The translations under genes were made by a program, and so were the position numbers. The notes beneath the pieces were generated by a model that ran no database searches, had not been told where the DNA came from, and saw only the letters and a program-made list of their open reading frames with translations. A DNA stretch of 63,401 bases, counting the filler, from Chlamydiia bacterium (GTDB lineage Bacteria; Chlamydiota; Chlamydiia; Chlamydiales; FEN-1388): the NCBI GenBank assembly GCA_903848235.1. It is 3 parts of 3 records of this genome, joined end to end, with 100 filler letters (N's around TTAATTAATTAA, not from the genome) between each part and the next. Parts side by side here need not be neighbours in the genome. Positions count along the whole stretch, not along the records: positions 26,508 to 55,761 come from CAINFV010000181.1; positions 55,862 to 63,401 come from CAINFV010000185.1; 1 more part is not named here. One strand, given 5' to 3'. This document shows positions 49,760-58,674 of the stretch, one piece after another; the stretch's first letter is position 1, and the number at the start of each line of letters is the position of its first letter.

Positions 49760-50553
49760 TTCTAATGGTGGCCAATTCCGCTTCCCGCACTGACCTGAAA
49801 GAGATTGCTCCACAGGAAGGCCCGTTTTTCACTGATGCAGATCTTGTTTGCCTTCATGGCAATCGCCTTCCCCGCCATGTGGCTATCATCCCTGACGCCA
49901 ATCGACGGTGGGCCCAAGCCCACTGCCTTCCATTCGTCAATGGATACCTTGAAGGCTGCCAGACGCTCATCAAAACCGCTCTTGCGGCAAAAGAGCTTGG
50001 CATTCCCATCCTCTCCGTATATTCGTTTTCGACCGAAAACTGGAAGCGCCCTGAAGACCAGATTCAGATGCTGATGCAGCTGTTTGACGTGCACTTAAAC
50101 TTCTATGCAGACTCTCTTGTCAAAGCCGACATACGCCTTCAGATTATTGGTGATGTCGCACGTCTACCAACATTCTTGCAAAACACTATTGAAGAGGTGA
50201 CGAGAAAAACAGCCGATGGAAGATCCCTAGATCTCGTCCTTGCAATGAATTATGGGGGCCGAGATGAGCTGGTACGCGCCTTCCGAAAACTTGCCACGCT
50301 GTATCGCGATGCAGACATCAAGGAGATCTCTGAAGAAACCGTCAGTAGAGCTCTTGACACACACCGCCTGCCAGATCCAGATCTTGTCATCAGAACAGGA
50401 GGCGAAGAGCGTCTTTCCAATTTTTTACTCTGGCAAAGCGGCTACTCGGAAGTATATACTGATCTAGCGCAGTGGCCTGACTTCTCACCGCACCATCTGC
50501 TCCGAGCGGTTCTGACCTACCAATCCCGTGCACGGAGATACGGGGGAACCTAA
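49756..50553 (+). CDS. uppS: Undecaprenyl diphosphate synthase
   Basis: [47 protein letters not shown]. Confidence 0.95.
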   Translation: MILMVANSASRTDLKEIAPQEGPFFTDADLVCLHGNRLPRHVAIIPDANRRWAQAHCLPFVNGYLEGCQTLIKTALAAKELGIPILSVYSFSTENWKRPEDQIQMLMQLFDVHLNFYADSLVKADIRLQIIGDVARLPTFLQNTIEEVTRKTADGRSLDLVLAMNYGGRDELVRAFRKLATLYRDADIKEISEETVSRALDTHRLPDPDLVIRTGGEERLSNFLLWQSGYSEVYTDLAQWPDFSPHHLLRAVLTYQSRARRYGGT

Positions 50554-50581
50554 GGCTGCGCGTATAATTGTAATTTTTTAC

Positions 50582-51472
50582 ATGACGCCTATTATGACTT
50601 TTTTTACCTGGCCATCGATCAACTTTTGGCAACGCCTTCTCTATAGCTGTGCCTTTATTATTTTCATTGGCACTTTTATTGGCGTTTCACATATCCCGCA
50701 CTACGAATGGCTGTTTATAGCTGGGGTTGCGGCCATTCAATTCGTGGCTTCCAAAGAATATGTCCATTTGTGTCATTTGAAAGGCTTTGCTCCAGCAGCA
50801 ACACTTCTCTCTAGGTTTTCTTTAGGATATCTGTTCATCTATTCGCTCGCCACTCTGTATCCGAAATTCGCTCATCTTCCAATGTTTGTGCTGATATTCG
50901 GGGCCATGATCATGCCTTTTGCCCTTGCCAATAAACAGCAGGGCGCTATCGCCAACCTTGCGGTCACACTTTTTGGCTTTGTCTATATCGTGTTTCCTTT
51001 ATGCTGCATCATCGACATCAATTTCCTTCCCCATCTCCCTGCTGATAGCTCAACTTCGTTCTGGATTACATGGCTTCTTGTCACCACAAAAGGCAGTGAC
51101 ATGGCCGCATATTTCTCTGGAAAGATCCTTGGCCGTCACCCTCTCGCCAGTGCTTTAAGTCCGAAAAAAACCATTGAGGGTGCGATAGGCGGAATTATTG
51201 GCGCTGCGGCGCTAAGTGCCTCGTTGCATCGCTTCTGGCACTATGCATCGCCCCAACTCCCTCTAGGGACATGGATCCTCCTAGGATGCATCGTAGGGGT
51301 CGCAGCGATGATCGGAGATCTCTCAGAATCCCTTCTGAAACGTGATGCTGGCGTCAAAGATAGCAACTCCATTCCGGGCCTTGGCGGAGTTCTTGACATC
51401 ATCGACTCTGTTCTCCTCTCAGCGCCACTTCTCTATGTCTATCTAAGGGTCATGGGAGTCCTTGGACTGTAG
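50582..51472 (+). CDS. cdsA: Phosphatidate cytidylyltransferase
   Basis: SDMAAYFSG, SPKKTIEG, GDLSESLLKRDAGVKDS..IPGLGGVLD. Confidence 0.95.
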   Translation: MTPIMTFFTWPSINFWQRLLYSCAFIIFIGTFIGVSHIPHYEWLFIAGVAAIQFVASKEYVHLCHLKGFAPAATLLSRFSLGYLFIYSLATLYPKFAHLPMFVLIFGAMIMPFALANKQQGAIANLAVTLFGFVYIVFPLCCIIDINFLPHLPADSSTSFWITWLLVTTKGSDMAAYFSGKILGRHPLASALSPKKTIEGAIGGIIGAAALSASLHRFWHYASPQLPLGTWILLGCIVGVAAMIGDLSESLLKRDAGVKDSNSIPGLGGVLDIIDSVLLSAPLLYVYLRVMGVLGL

Positions 51473-51606
51473 TGCGATGTATTGAAAATAACTCAAACGA
51501 TCCACCCGTCTGCGACCAGTTGGTCCGTTGACGATCGAGACGACGCTCATAGTGTGCTATGGGCTCGAGAAGGCGATCATCAACAGATCAATAGTCGCAA
51601 GCCAGC

Positions 51607-52515
51607 TTAGTGCCTAAAGAGCAGTTTTTGTATTCCCCAATTTGCAAACGAAATCAATATTGAGCCATAGATGAGGATGTGCGCAGGAACTGGCGCTATT
51701 CCAGCTAATAGTAAGACGCGGCCAGCAACGATACCTACTTTTGCCGCCGTCCTTACGCCCTTACATACCAGTAACATATTGGCCTTGCTCTCTATAGTCC
51801 CCACCAGTGTTGCTGCCTCGTCTACGGCATCTTCTCCACCCCTTTTCTGTAGTCTGCCTTGAAGAGAGACGATTTTTTTCTCGAGCCCCACTTCTTTCGC
51901 TAGACATAGCTTGGATTGGAGACGTTTCGGCTTGAGTTTTCCTAACTCTGTAAGGGCAAGCTGTGCAGCTTCAATCTTTTCTTCTGGCAAGGCTTCTGAA
52001 ATCATGAGTCTTATCGATCGAAGATCAGAATTCAATTTTACTGTTTTTGCAAAGCTTTTAGCCGCAAGACAAATAGATACTGGTTTTAAAAATGGATTCA
52101 CCACTTTGAATGCACGAATAGCATCGGTAGGGATAACCGGGGAGATGATACCAAAGTCATCGAGTAAACAATATATGGATAGAGCTCCAGCAACGGTCGA
52201 TCGCGTTCCCTTGATGACGAATAAAAGGTCCATACCTTTTTTTGATTGGTCGTCAGTTGCTAGGCGACTCAGGTTTTTTGTCAGCTTTTTTATCTTCGGG
52301 GGAAATCTCAATATTTTCACAGCCTTCGTACATTTCAATGCTACCTTCAAAGGCTTCGGTATCTCGGTGTCAGTAACCATCTCACTCATTTTCACTGCAG
52401 CACGTAAGGCTTTCGAAATTTTTGTGGCACCAGCGGACGAAAAAGGGCTTTTTTCCTTCTTTTTCTCGATAATTACAGCTGGCGAATTACTATCTAAATC
52501 AAATATCTCTACCAT
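51607..52515 (-). CDS. Hypothetical protein with hydrophobic C-terminus, inserted between cdsA and cmk
   Basis: 302-aa ORF, AAGGA RBS, opposite strand to the operon. Confidence 0.6.
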   Translation of the reverse strand: MVEIFDLDSNSPAVIIEKKKEKSPFSSAGATKISKALRAAVKMSEMVTDTEIPKPLKVALKCTKAVKILRFPPKIKKLTKNLSRLATDDQSKKGMDLLFVIKGTRSTVAGALSIYCLLDDFGIISPVIPTDAIRAFKVVNPFLKPVSICLAAKSFAKTVKLNSDLRSIRLMISEALPEEKIEAAQLALTELGKLKPKRLQSKLCLAKEVGLEKKIVSLQGRLQKRGGEDAVDEAATLVGTIESKANMLLVCKGVRTAAKVGIVAGRVLLLAGIAPVPAHILIYGSILISFANWGIQKLLFRH

Positions 52516-52695
52516 AATATTGTCCTTATTTAAGGTATTGAATATTATTATCTAATGAAAATTAAATATGTGTAAATATTTTGTTCTACAGCAACAACAA
52601 AGACGCGCCAAGCCCAGCAACAACGAGGGAGAAACTTGGGTTTTATGCAGCTAACCACTAACATCTGACAATGCAGTTGCTCCAAGGGACATTTC

Positions 52696-53760
52696 ATGAT
52701 CATTACCGTTGACGGACCGGCAGGAACAGGCAAAAGTACTGTAGCACGGGAAGTGGCTCGCACACTCTCATACGCCTTCCTCGATACAGGAGCTCTCTAT
52801 AGAGCCGTCGCCTATGCCCTTATCGTCTTCAAAATCAATTTGTCGAATGAAAAGGCGATAGCAGAATTCCTCGATGCAAACCCTCTTGATATCCTCACCC
52901 AAGGACAAGAAACGCGATATGTGATCGCAGGAATTGACGTGACACCCCACATACGTACACGCGAGGCCAGCAATGCCTCTTCCCTCATCTCTACATATGC
53001 TGTTGTTCGCTCTTTCCTGCTTCCCATCCAACGAGGTTTTGCCTTTCACCAGAACATTGTCTGCGAAGGTCGAGACATGGGCACCACTGTCTTCCCGAAT
53101 GCTGAGGTGAAGATATTTTTGACAGCTCGGCCTGAAATACGCGCCCACCGGCGATTTCTAGAACTTCGCGGAACGACCTCAACTTCCTTCGAAGAGACCC
53201 AAAAAGAAATGTCAGAACGAGATCAAAGAGACTCTACACGGAGCATCTCCCCCCTCATGCAGCCTCACGATGCTTCTCTCATCGACACCTCAGACCTCTC
53301 CATCTTACAGGTCGTCGATAGAATCGTTGCCCTTGCACAGGCATTTCCTCATTGGGAACACTTCCAGCACCAGGCAGATATTGGAATACGAGGTATTGGC
53401 ACCACCATTGCAGAAGCTTTTGCACAGGCAGCTTTAGCGCTTACCGCCGTCATCACAGACCCATCATCCGTCACTCCAAAGACCTCTATTACCATTTCAG
53501 TCTCCGCAGAAGACCTCGACGCATTGCTCTTTGACTTCCTCAACCTTGTGATCTACGAGATGGAGACGCGCCATATGCTCTTCTCTCAGTTTGATATCAC
53601 CGTCACTGGATCACAGCTCAGAGCCACTCTCACTGGAGAGCCTGTCGACACATCAAAGCACCATCCTGCAGTGGAGGTCAAGGCAGCGACATACTATGAA
53701 CTTCTCGTCTGCCACCAGTCGAATGACTCATGGTGCGCTCAATGCGTTGTCGATGTGTAA
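52696..53760 (+). CDS. cmk: Cytidylate kinase fused to C-terminal archease domain
   Basis: Cmk: IITVDGPAGTGKST, LDTGALYR, EGRDMGT.VFP. Archease: WEHFQHQADIGIRG...EAFAQAA...EVKAATY...VVDV. Confidence 0.9.
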   Translation: MIITVDGPAGTGKSTVAREVARTLSYAFLDTGALYRAVAYALIVFKINLSNEKAIAEFLDANPLDILTQGQETRYVIAGIDVTPHIRTREASNASSLISTYAVVRSFLLPIQRGFAFHQNIVCEGRDMGTTVFPNAEVKIFLTARPEIRAHRRFLELRGTTSTSFEETQKEMSERDQRDSTRSISPLMQPHDASLIDTSDLSILQVVDRIVALAQAFPHWEHFQHQADIGIRGIGTTIAEAFAQAALALTAVITDPSSVTPKTSITISVSAEDLDALLFDFLNLVIYEMETRHMLFSQFDITVTGSQLRATLTGEPVDTSKHHPAVEVKAATYYELLVCHQSNDSWCAQCVVDV

Positions 53761-53769
53761 TACTGGACT

Positions 53770-55200
53770 TTAGCCTTTTATGCAGACCAGCGGCACAAGT
53801 TTTGCCACCTTCTTGGAAAGGCCCGCGGCATCCGCTGCTTCGACAACGGCACTGACATTCTTATAGGCGTCAGGCGCCTCTTCGGCGATCCCTCGATAGG
53901 ACTTACAACGGATGAGGATACCCTGTTTTTCAAGGTCAGACATGATCTGCCGACCCTCATACCGCTTTGTAGCTTGCGTCCGGCTCATTTGACGCCCTGC
54001 GCCATGGCATGAGGAGGAAAATGCTCGAGCCTCACTTTCGAGAGTCCCCGCAAGAATATAGGAAGCAGTGCCCATGGTGCCGCCGATGAGCACCGGCTGG
54101 CCAAAAGAGCGCAAAGACAATGGCAGCTCTAGATGACCCGGAGGAAGTGCCCGGGTGGCCCCTTTTCGATGGACAAAGAGCGTCATCTTCTTCCCGGCCA
54201 CTTCATGCTCTTCTTCAAGGCATGTGTTATGAGATACATCATAGAGCAACGACAGCTCTGCCTGTGGGAAGATGCGAGAAAAGGCCTTCCGTGTCAAATG
54301 AGTCAATATCTGCCGGTTGGCAAGAGCGCAGTTAATCGCAGCTCGCATCGCTCCCAGATATTCCTGCCCTGTTTGCGAGAGGATCGGCGCACAGGCAAGC
54401 TCTCGATCAGAGAGAGAAATCCCGTTTTCCTGGGCAGCAATAAGCATCTTCTTGGAGTAGTCAGTCGCTACCTGATGCCCTAAGCCGCGTGACCCGCAGT
54501 GAACACTGATGACAATTTCACCCTTCTTCAGGCCATATGCAGCAGCTAGCACATCGTCATAGATATCTTTGATCTCTTGGATCTCCAAGTAATGGTTTCC
54601 CGATCCTAGGGTCCCCATTTCATCGCGCTGCCTATTTTTCGCATAGTCTGAGACAGCGGCCGGGTCTGCGCCATTGGCCTTTCCATGCATCTCAATCCGC
54701 TCTAAATCCGCTTGTACACCATATCCGTGATGAACCGCCCACTCCGCACCCCCGGCGAGCACGGCGTCTATCTGGCAAGCGTCTAACACAAGCTCTCCAT
54801 GACTTCCAACGCCAGCGGGGATGATATGAAAAAGAGCGTCTGCAATTGCTCCCTTGTGGGGAGAAAACTCTTCCTTTGAAAGCCCTGTCACTATAGTCCT
54901 GACACCGCATGAGATGTCAAATCCAACACCTCCTGCAGAGACAACGCCTCCCTTCTGCGGGTCAAAGGCAGCCACGCCGCCGATAGGAAAGCCATACCCC
55001 CAATGAGCATCTGGCATCGCATATGATGCTTTGACAATGCCTGGCAGCGAGGCCACATTTGCTACCTGGTCGAAAACCTTGTCATCCATCTGAACTACAA
55101 GCTGTTCGTCCCCAAAGAGAATCCCTGGTACATGCATACCCCCTTGAGGCGCTATTCTCCACTCATATTCCGAAAGCTTCTCTAACTTCAACAGATCCAT
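53770..55200 (-). CDS. rtcB: RtcB RNA ligase (archaeal/archease-associated type)
   Basis: MPDAHWGYGFPIGG, GFDISCG, GSGNHYLE, HCGSRGLGH, HNT, HRKGAT, CHGAGR, EEAPDAYK. Confidence 0.96.
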   Translation of the reverse strand: MDLLKLEKLSEYEWRIAPQGGMHVPGILFGDEQLVVQMDDKVFDQVANVASLPGIVKASYAMPDAHWGYGFPIGGVAAFDPQKGGVVSAGGVGFDISCGVRTIVTGLSKEEFSPHKGAIADALFHIIPAGVGSHGELVLDACQIDAVLAGGAEWAVHHGYGVQADLERIEMHGKANGADPAAVSDYAKNRQRDEMGTLGSGNHYLEIQEIKDIYDDVLAAAYGLKKGEIVISVHCGSRGLGHQVATDYSKKMLIAAQENGISLSDRELACAPILSQTGQEYLGAMRAAINCALANRQILTHLTRKAFSRIFPQAELSLLYDVSHNTCLEEEHEVAGKKMTLFVHRKGATRALPPGHLELPLSLRSFGQPVLIGGTMGTASYILAGTLESEARAFSSSCHGAGRQMSRTQATKRYEGRQIMSDLEKQGILIRCKSYRGIAEEAPDAYKNVSAVVEAADAAGLSKKVAKLVPLVCIKG

Positions 55201-55424
55201 GGCGCCTCCTCAATACAGCACACAACATACTGCATCGTCTCTTGGATTTTAAACTGAAAAATGTTTACAGTTGCACCGGTTGGTCCCGACACGGGAGATA
55301 TCAGCTAAAAATTGCTTTTTTACATCACTGACGGCGAATGATGCCATCAGGATCGACTTTGTACAAAGTCGAGATCAGGATGTAACCGATGTCTTACCGT
55401 CAAGAGATCGAAAAGAGGCGTGCT

Positions 55425-55626
55425 ATGTTCTTTTATCTTTTTTATTCTGTGCGCTACAGCACTGTCCCAGATATATGCTCTATCGAGTCCCGAGGAAATT
55501 TTCACACACATCTATGACAACAAATTATGGGGACAAAATGAACAAGGCGAGGGCTTTTCGGGAGGAGGGGTTCGTAGCAGCTCAATAAATTGTGGACTTG
55601 TATCAGCGATTCCCGATGGGCCGTAA
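55425..55626 (+). pseudogene. N-terminal fragment of a secreted SAM-methyltransferase-like gene
   Basis: Signal peptide, then EEIFTHIYDNKLWG...SGGG; similarity ends near 55570. Confidence 0.45.
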
Positions 55627-55761
55627 CTTGTTGATAAAGAGTCTGTTGAAGATACGTCTCTCGTAGATTGTGTGGCTGATTTTCCGACTTCGTCGCTTAG
55701 ATTTGGCACCCAGCTTTAGGGAACTTCTCCTGTAGAAGCATTCCTTGCTTCTTGGTCAAGG

Positions 55762-55861
55762 NNNNNNNNNNNNNNNNNNNNNNNNNNNNNNNNNNNNNNN
55801 NNNNNTTAATTAATTAANNNNNNNNNNNNNNNNNNNNNNNNNNNNNNNNNNNNNNNNNNNN
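55762..55861. other. Artificial contig linker
   Basis: N-run with central TTAATTAATTAA, 100 nt. Confidence 0.98.
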
Positions 55862-55990
55862 ATCTGTGCGCATCCCTCTGACAAACCCCGTGGGCTGTAC
55901 GGTGAAGTGGAAAGGACATGATGCTCACTGGATGCCAGATGATGCGTGCGACTTAGTACTGAAAAAAAAGTAAAACAAATACCGTCAGAT

Positions 55991-55999
55991 TGATACAAT
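55991..55999 (+). promoter_or_regulatory. Extended -10 promoter for Trp-leader/SSS1 transcript
   Basis: TGaTACAAT, 31 nt before the leader ATG. Confidence 0.5.
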
Positions 56000-56030
56000 G
56001 GGGCCAACTTTGCATTCGTAGGTTTTTTTC

Positions 56031-56087
56031 ATGTCCTCATCGAGGCTGTTTCACAGTTTCGTGTCCTTTCAATGGTGGCCCCGCTAG
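56031..56087 (+). CDS. Putative Trp-sensing leader peptide MSSSRLFHSFVSFQWWPR
   Basis: 18-aa uORF with tandem TGG TGG; stop at the loop/3' arm of hairpin 56075-56093; 75 nt before the SSS gene. Confidence 0.75.
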   Translation: MSSSRLFHSFVSFQWWPR

Positions 56088-56162
56088 GGCCATACCTTCT
56101 TTTTTCCCAACATTTTTATATTTCTTCTTCTAAAAACCCTGGTTTGAAAGGACAGGTATCCT

Positions 56163-57482
56163 ATGTGTTTACTTCCATTTTTTCTCGTCCTCATAGTCTC
56201 GATTGGCGCGAGCTATTTCGCCGCACAGAAAAAAGCTGACTACTTTTTAGCCAACCGCTCTCTTCAATGGCCAATGCTCCTCGGAACATTTCTTGGAGCT
56301 CAGATTGGGGGAGGGTTTATCCTTGGAAATACTGAAGTGTCGTTCCACCACGGCCTGTATGGCTCTATGTATGGCATAGGAATTGCTCTTGGCATGCTCT
56401 TGCTTGGCAGCGGCTTTGGGGCTAAGCTTCGCTCGTTGAACGTAGCGACATTGCCAGAAATGCTTCATCAGAAATACGGAAGCATAGCCTTCCAAAAAAT
56501 CGCTGCCATCGTGTCAATCCTCTCCTTGGCAGGAGGACTCATGTGCCAAGCCATAGGGCTGAAGATGTTTTTGGCCTCTCTTGGATTTGGCAGCCACCTC
56601 ATCTACTTTCTTGCATGGAATTGCGTCGTTCTCTACACGACCTATGGAGGCCTCCTTGCTGTCGTCTGGACGGACACAATTCAGGCAGTGATTATGATCA
56701 GCATGCTGGTGATCACCTGTGTCACGGCGTTGATGCCTCAGATGTCCACCATCATCGAGCAGACATCGCTGATGCCTCACGGACTGACAGGGCTGTCACT
56801 CTCTTCTCTTCTCTTTCCGCTGTGCTTTATTTTCGTCCAGCAGGACATGGCACAGCGCTGCTTTGCTGCCAAGACGCCAAAAGACGCTACCGTCAGCTGC
56901 CTTTTGACGGCTGCTGCCTTGATTGTCCTGTCTGCAATTCCTACCATGTGCGGCATCCTCGGAAAAGCGATGGGACTTATGCCTGGCAATGGCTCCATCT
57001 TCATGCAGGTGATGCAGAAGATTGCCCATCCAGCGGTATTCGTCATGGCAGGCTCCGCCGTGCTGCTCGCCATCATCTCGACAGCCTCTGCCATCTTGTT
57101 GGCCCTAAGCTCGAATGTTGCTCATGACATAACACGAAACCGGAATGCAGGGCATCTGACGACGTTGATCACGGGGCTTGTGGCAAGCTTCGGCCCTTTT
57201 TTCAGCGATGACATTATCGGAGGGCTCGTGGTGAGCTATGAGATTTCTGTAGGAGCGCTCTTCGTCCCGATCATCTGTGCAGTTCTGACACGGCGGGCAA
57301 GGCTCCCTAAGGAGGCGGCTATTGGAGCTGCACTTTTAGGATCGCTTGGAACCATCCTCTCGCAATGCTCCCAGATGAGCTTTCTTGGCCTTGCAGCGCC
57401 GTTTATTCTCTCTCCGACAGGCTTTGCTATCGGATGGCTCATCGCAAAGAAGAGGAAACCCGCCGTAGAGGTGTGCGGGTAA
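56163..57482 (+). CDS. Sodium:solute symporter (SSS) paralog 1, predicted Trp/aromatic importer
   Basis: DYFLANR, GGLLAVVWTDTIQ, QDMAQRCFAAK, AIISTAS; many TM segments. Confidence 0.9.
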   Translation: MCLLPFFLVLIVSIGASYFAAQKKADYFLANRSLQWPMLLGTFLGAQIGGGFILGNTEVSFHHGLYGSMYGIGIALGMLLLGSGFGAKLRSLNVATLPEMLHQKYGSIAFQKIAAIVSILSLAGGLMCQAIGLKMFLASLGFGSHLIYFLAWNCVVLYTTYGGLLAVVWTDTIQAVIMISMLVITCVTALMPQMSTIIEQTSLMPHGLTGLSLSSLLFPLCFIFVQQDMAQRCFAAKTPKDATVSCLLTAAALIVLSAIPTMCGILGKAMGLMPGNGSIFMQVMQKIAHPAVFVMAGSAVLLAIISTASAILLALSSNVAHDITRNRNAGHLTTLITGLVASFGPFFSDDIIGGLVVSYEISVGALFVPIICAVLTRRARLPKEAAIGAALLGSLGTILSQCSQMSFLGLAAPFILSPTGFAIGWLIAKKRKPAVEVCG

Positions 57483-57616
57483 CTATTTGGTGGTGAGTGG
57501 TATACCTCTTCTCCCGCTCACCATAATGTGCAAGCCTCGAATCGTTGTTTTTAAACCTCGTTGCGCGTAACATATTAGAGTCTAATTATTGCCTAAAAGA
57601 ATCTGAGGAGGCTTCT

Positions 57617-58474
57617 ATGCGGTTTTTCCTCGCTATCCTGTGTTCCCTCTCTTGTCTTGCAACACTTTTCCCAACACAGAGCCCGAGTCGTCTGGAGGAA
57701 GCGAATACCGACTTTGTAGAATTGAATTTCGTCGTAGACGAAACTGTTTTAATCACCACTCTTGTTTTTGCACCCAATAGTGCCCGATTCCACCCCGCTA
57801 TCGTCGAATTTCAAAAGCACATGTTCGATGCCTGCAAAGAGGAGTGCTTGCTCATAGCCCCGTTGGTAGAACAGAAGTATTTTCTCCCAGAATGGGCCGC
57901 TCTTGACTACAAGGATAAGGAGCCATACAAGAAGTGCTTCGACAAGCTTGTATGCGAGGCAAAGAAGACGGCTCAGTATCCCATTCTGTTAACACAGACG
58001 AAGCAACGGTTGGCAGAATGTAGAGATCAGTGGAGGAGAAATTACGAAACGACCTTTGCCTTCATGAAAGGGATCACAGGCATTCCGTTTCGCCACTCTT
58101 TTTCTATCTATATTATCCACCCAGGAATCCCTTCAGGATGCAACATGACAGAGAGAAGAATCTGCTGGGGAGGAGAAGAGAAAAAGAAAAACTGGACCAC
58201 GGTCTACCTTTGGCACGAAATTTTACATTCTTATCTAATCGACCCTACATACCTAGGTCACGCTCTCATCGAGATTGCAACCGACAATGAGCTTCGACAC
58301 CTGATCAATGGCAGGAATGACCCGGAGTGGGGCGGGCATGAAGAGTGCAGTGAGATAAAGAAACTCATAGCCTCTGACTGGAAAGCGTATATCGCCTCGC
58401 CAAAGAAAAACATCGTAGAGTTCTATCAGGAATTATGCAAAAAATACCCAGCTGAACGATATCCCGATGAATAA
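57617..58474 (+). CDS. Secreted hypothetical protein with HExxH motif
   Basis: GAGGAG RBS, signal peptide, LWHEILH...HALIE. Confidence 0.7.
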   Translation: MRFFLAILCSLSCLATLFPTQSPSRLEEANTDFVELNFVVDETVLITTLVFAPNSARFHPAIVEFQKHMFDACKEECLLIAPLVEQKYFLPEWAALDYKDKEPYKKCFDKLVCEAKKTAQYPILLTQTKQRLAECRDQWRRNYETTFAFMKGITGIPFRHSFSIYIIHPGIPSGCNMTERRICWGGEEKKKNWTTVYLWHEILHSYLIDPTYLGHALIEIATDNELRHLINGRNDPEWGGHEECSEIKKLIASDWKAYIASPKKNIVEFYQELCKKYPAERYPDE

Positions 58475-58487
58475 ACCATATTGTCAA

Positions 58488-58516
58488 TTCACAACAATTA
58501 AAGAACATGGTACAAT
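58488..58516 (+). promoter_or_regulatory. Sigma66/70-type promoter for His-leader/SSS2 transcript
   Basis: TTCACA-17 nt-TACAAT with extended TG. Confidence 0.6.
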
Positions 58517-58548
58517 AAGGCTCATCAACGAGGATGCATAGTTTCAAA

Positions 58549-58602
58549 ATGAGAAAAGATTCTTCTTTCTCACATCTGTCCCATCTCCACCATCGACCGT
58601 AA
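58549..58602 (+). CDS. Putative His-sensing leader peptide MRKDSSFSHLSHLHHRP (alternative in-frame start 58534 adds MHSFK)
   Basis: 4 His codons in the last 9; stop in the GTAA loop of ATCGACC/GGTCGAT hairpin; 72 nt before the SSS gene. Confidence 0.75.
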   Translation: MRKDSSFSHLSHLHHRP

Positions 58603-58674
58603 GGTCGATCATTTCTGTATTTTCTCTTCAGCTTTTATTCACATCACAAAAAACGTAACTAGCGTGGAGATGCT

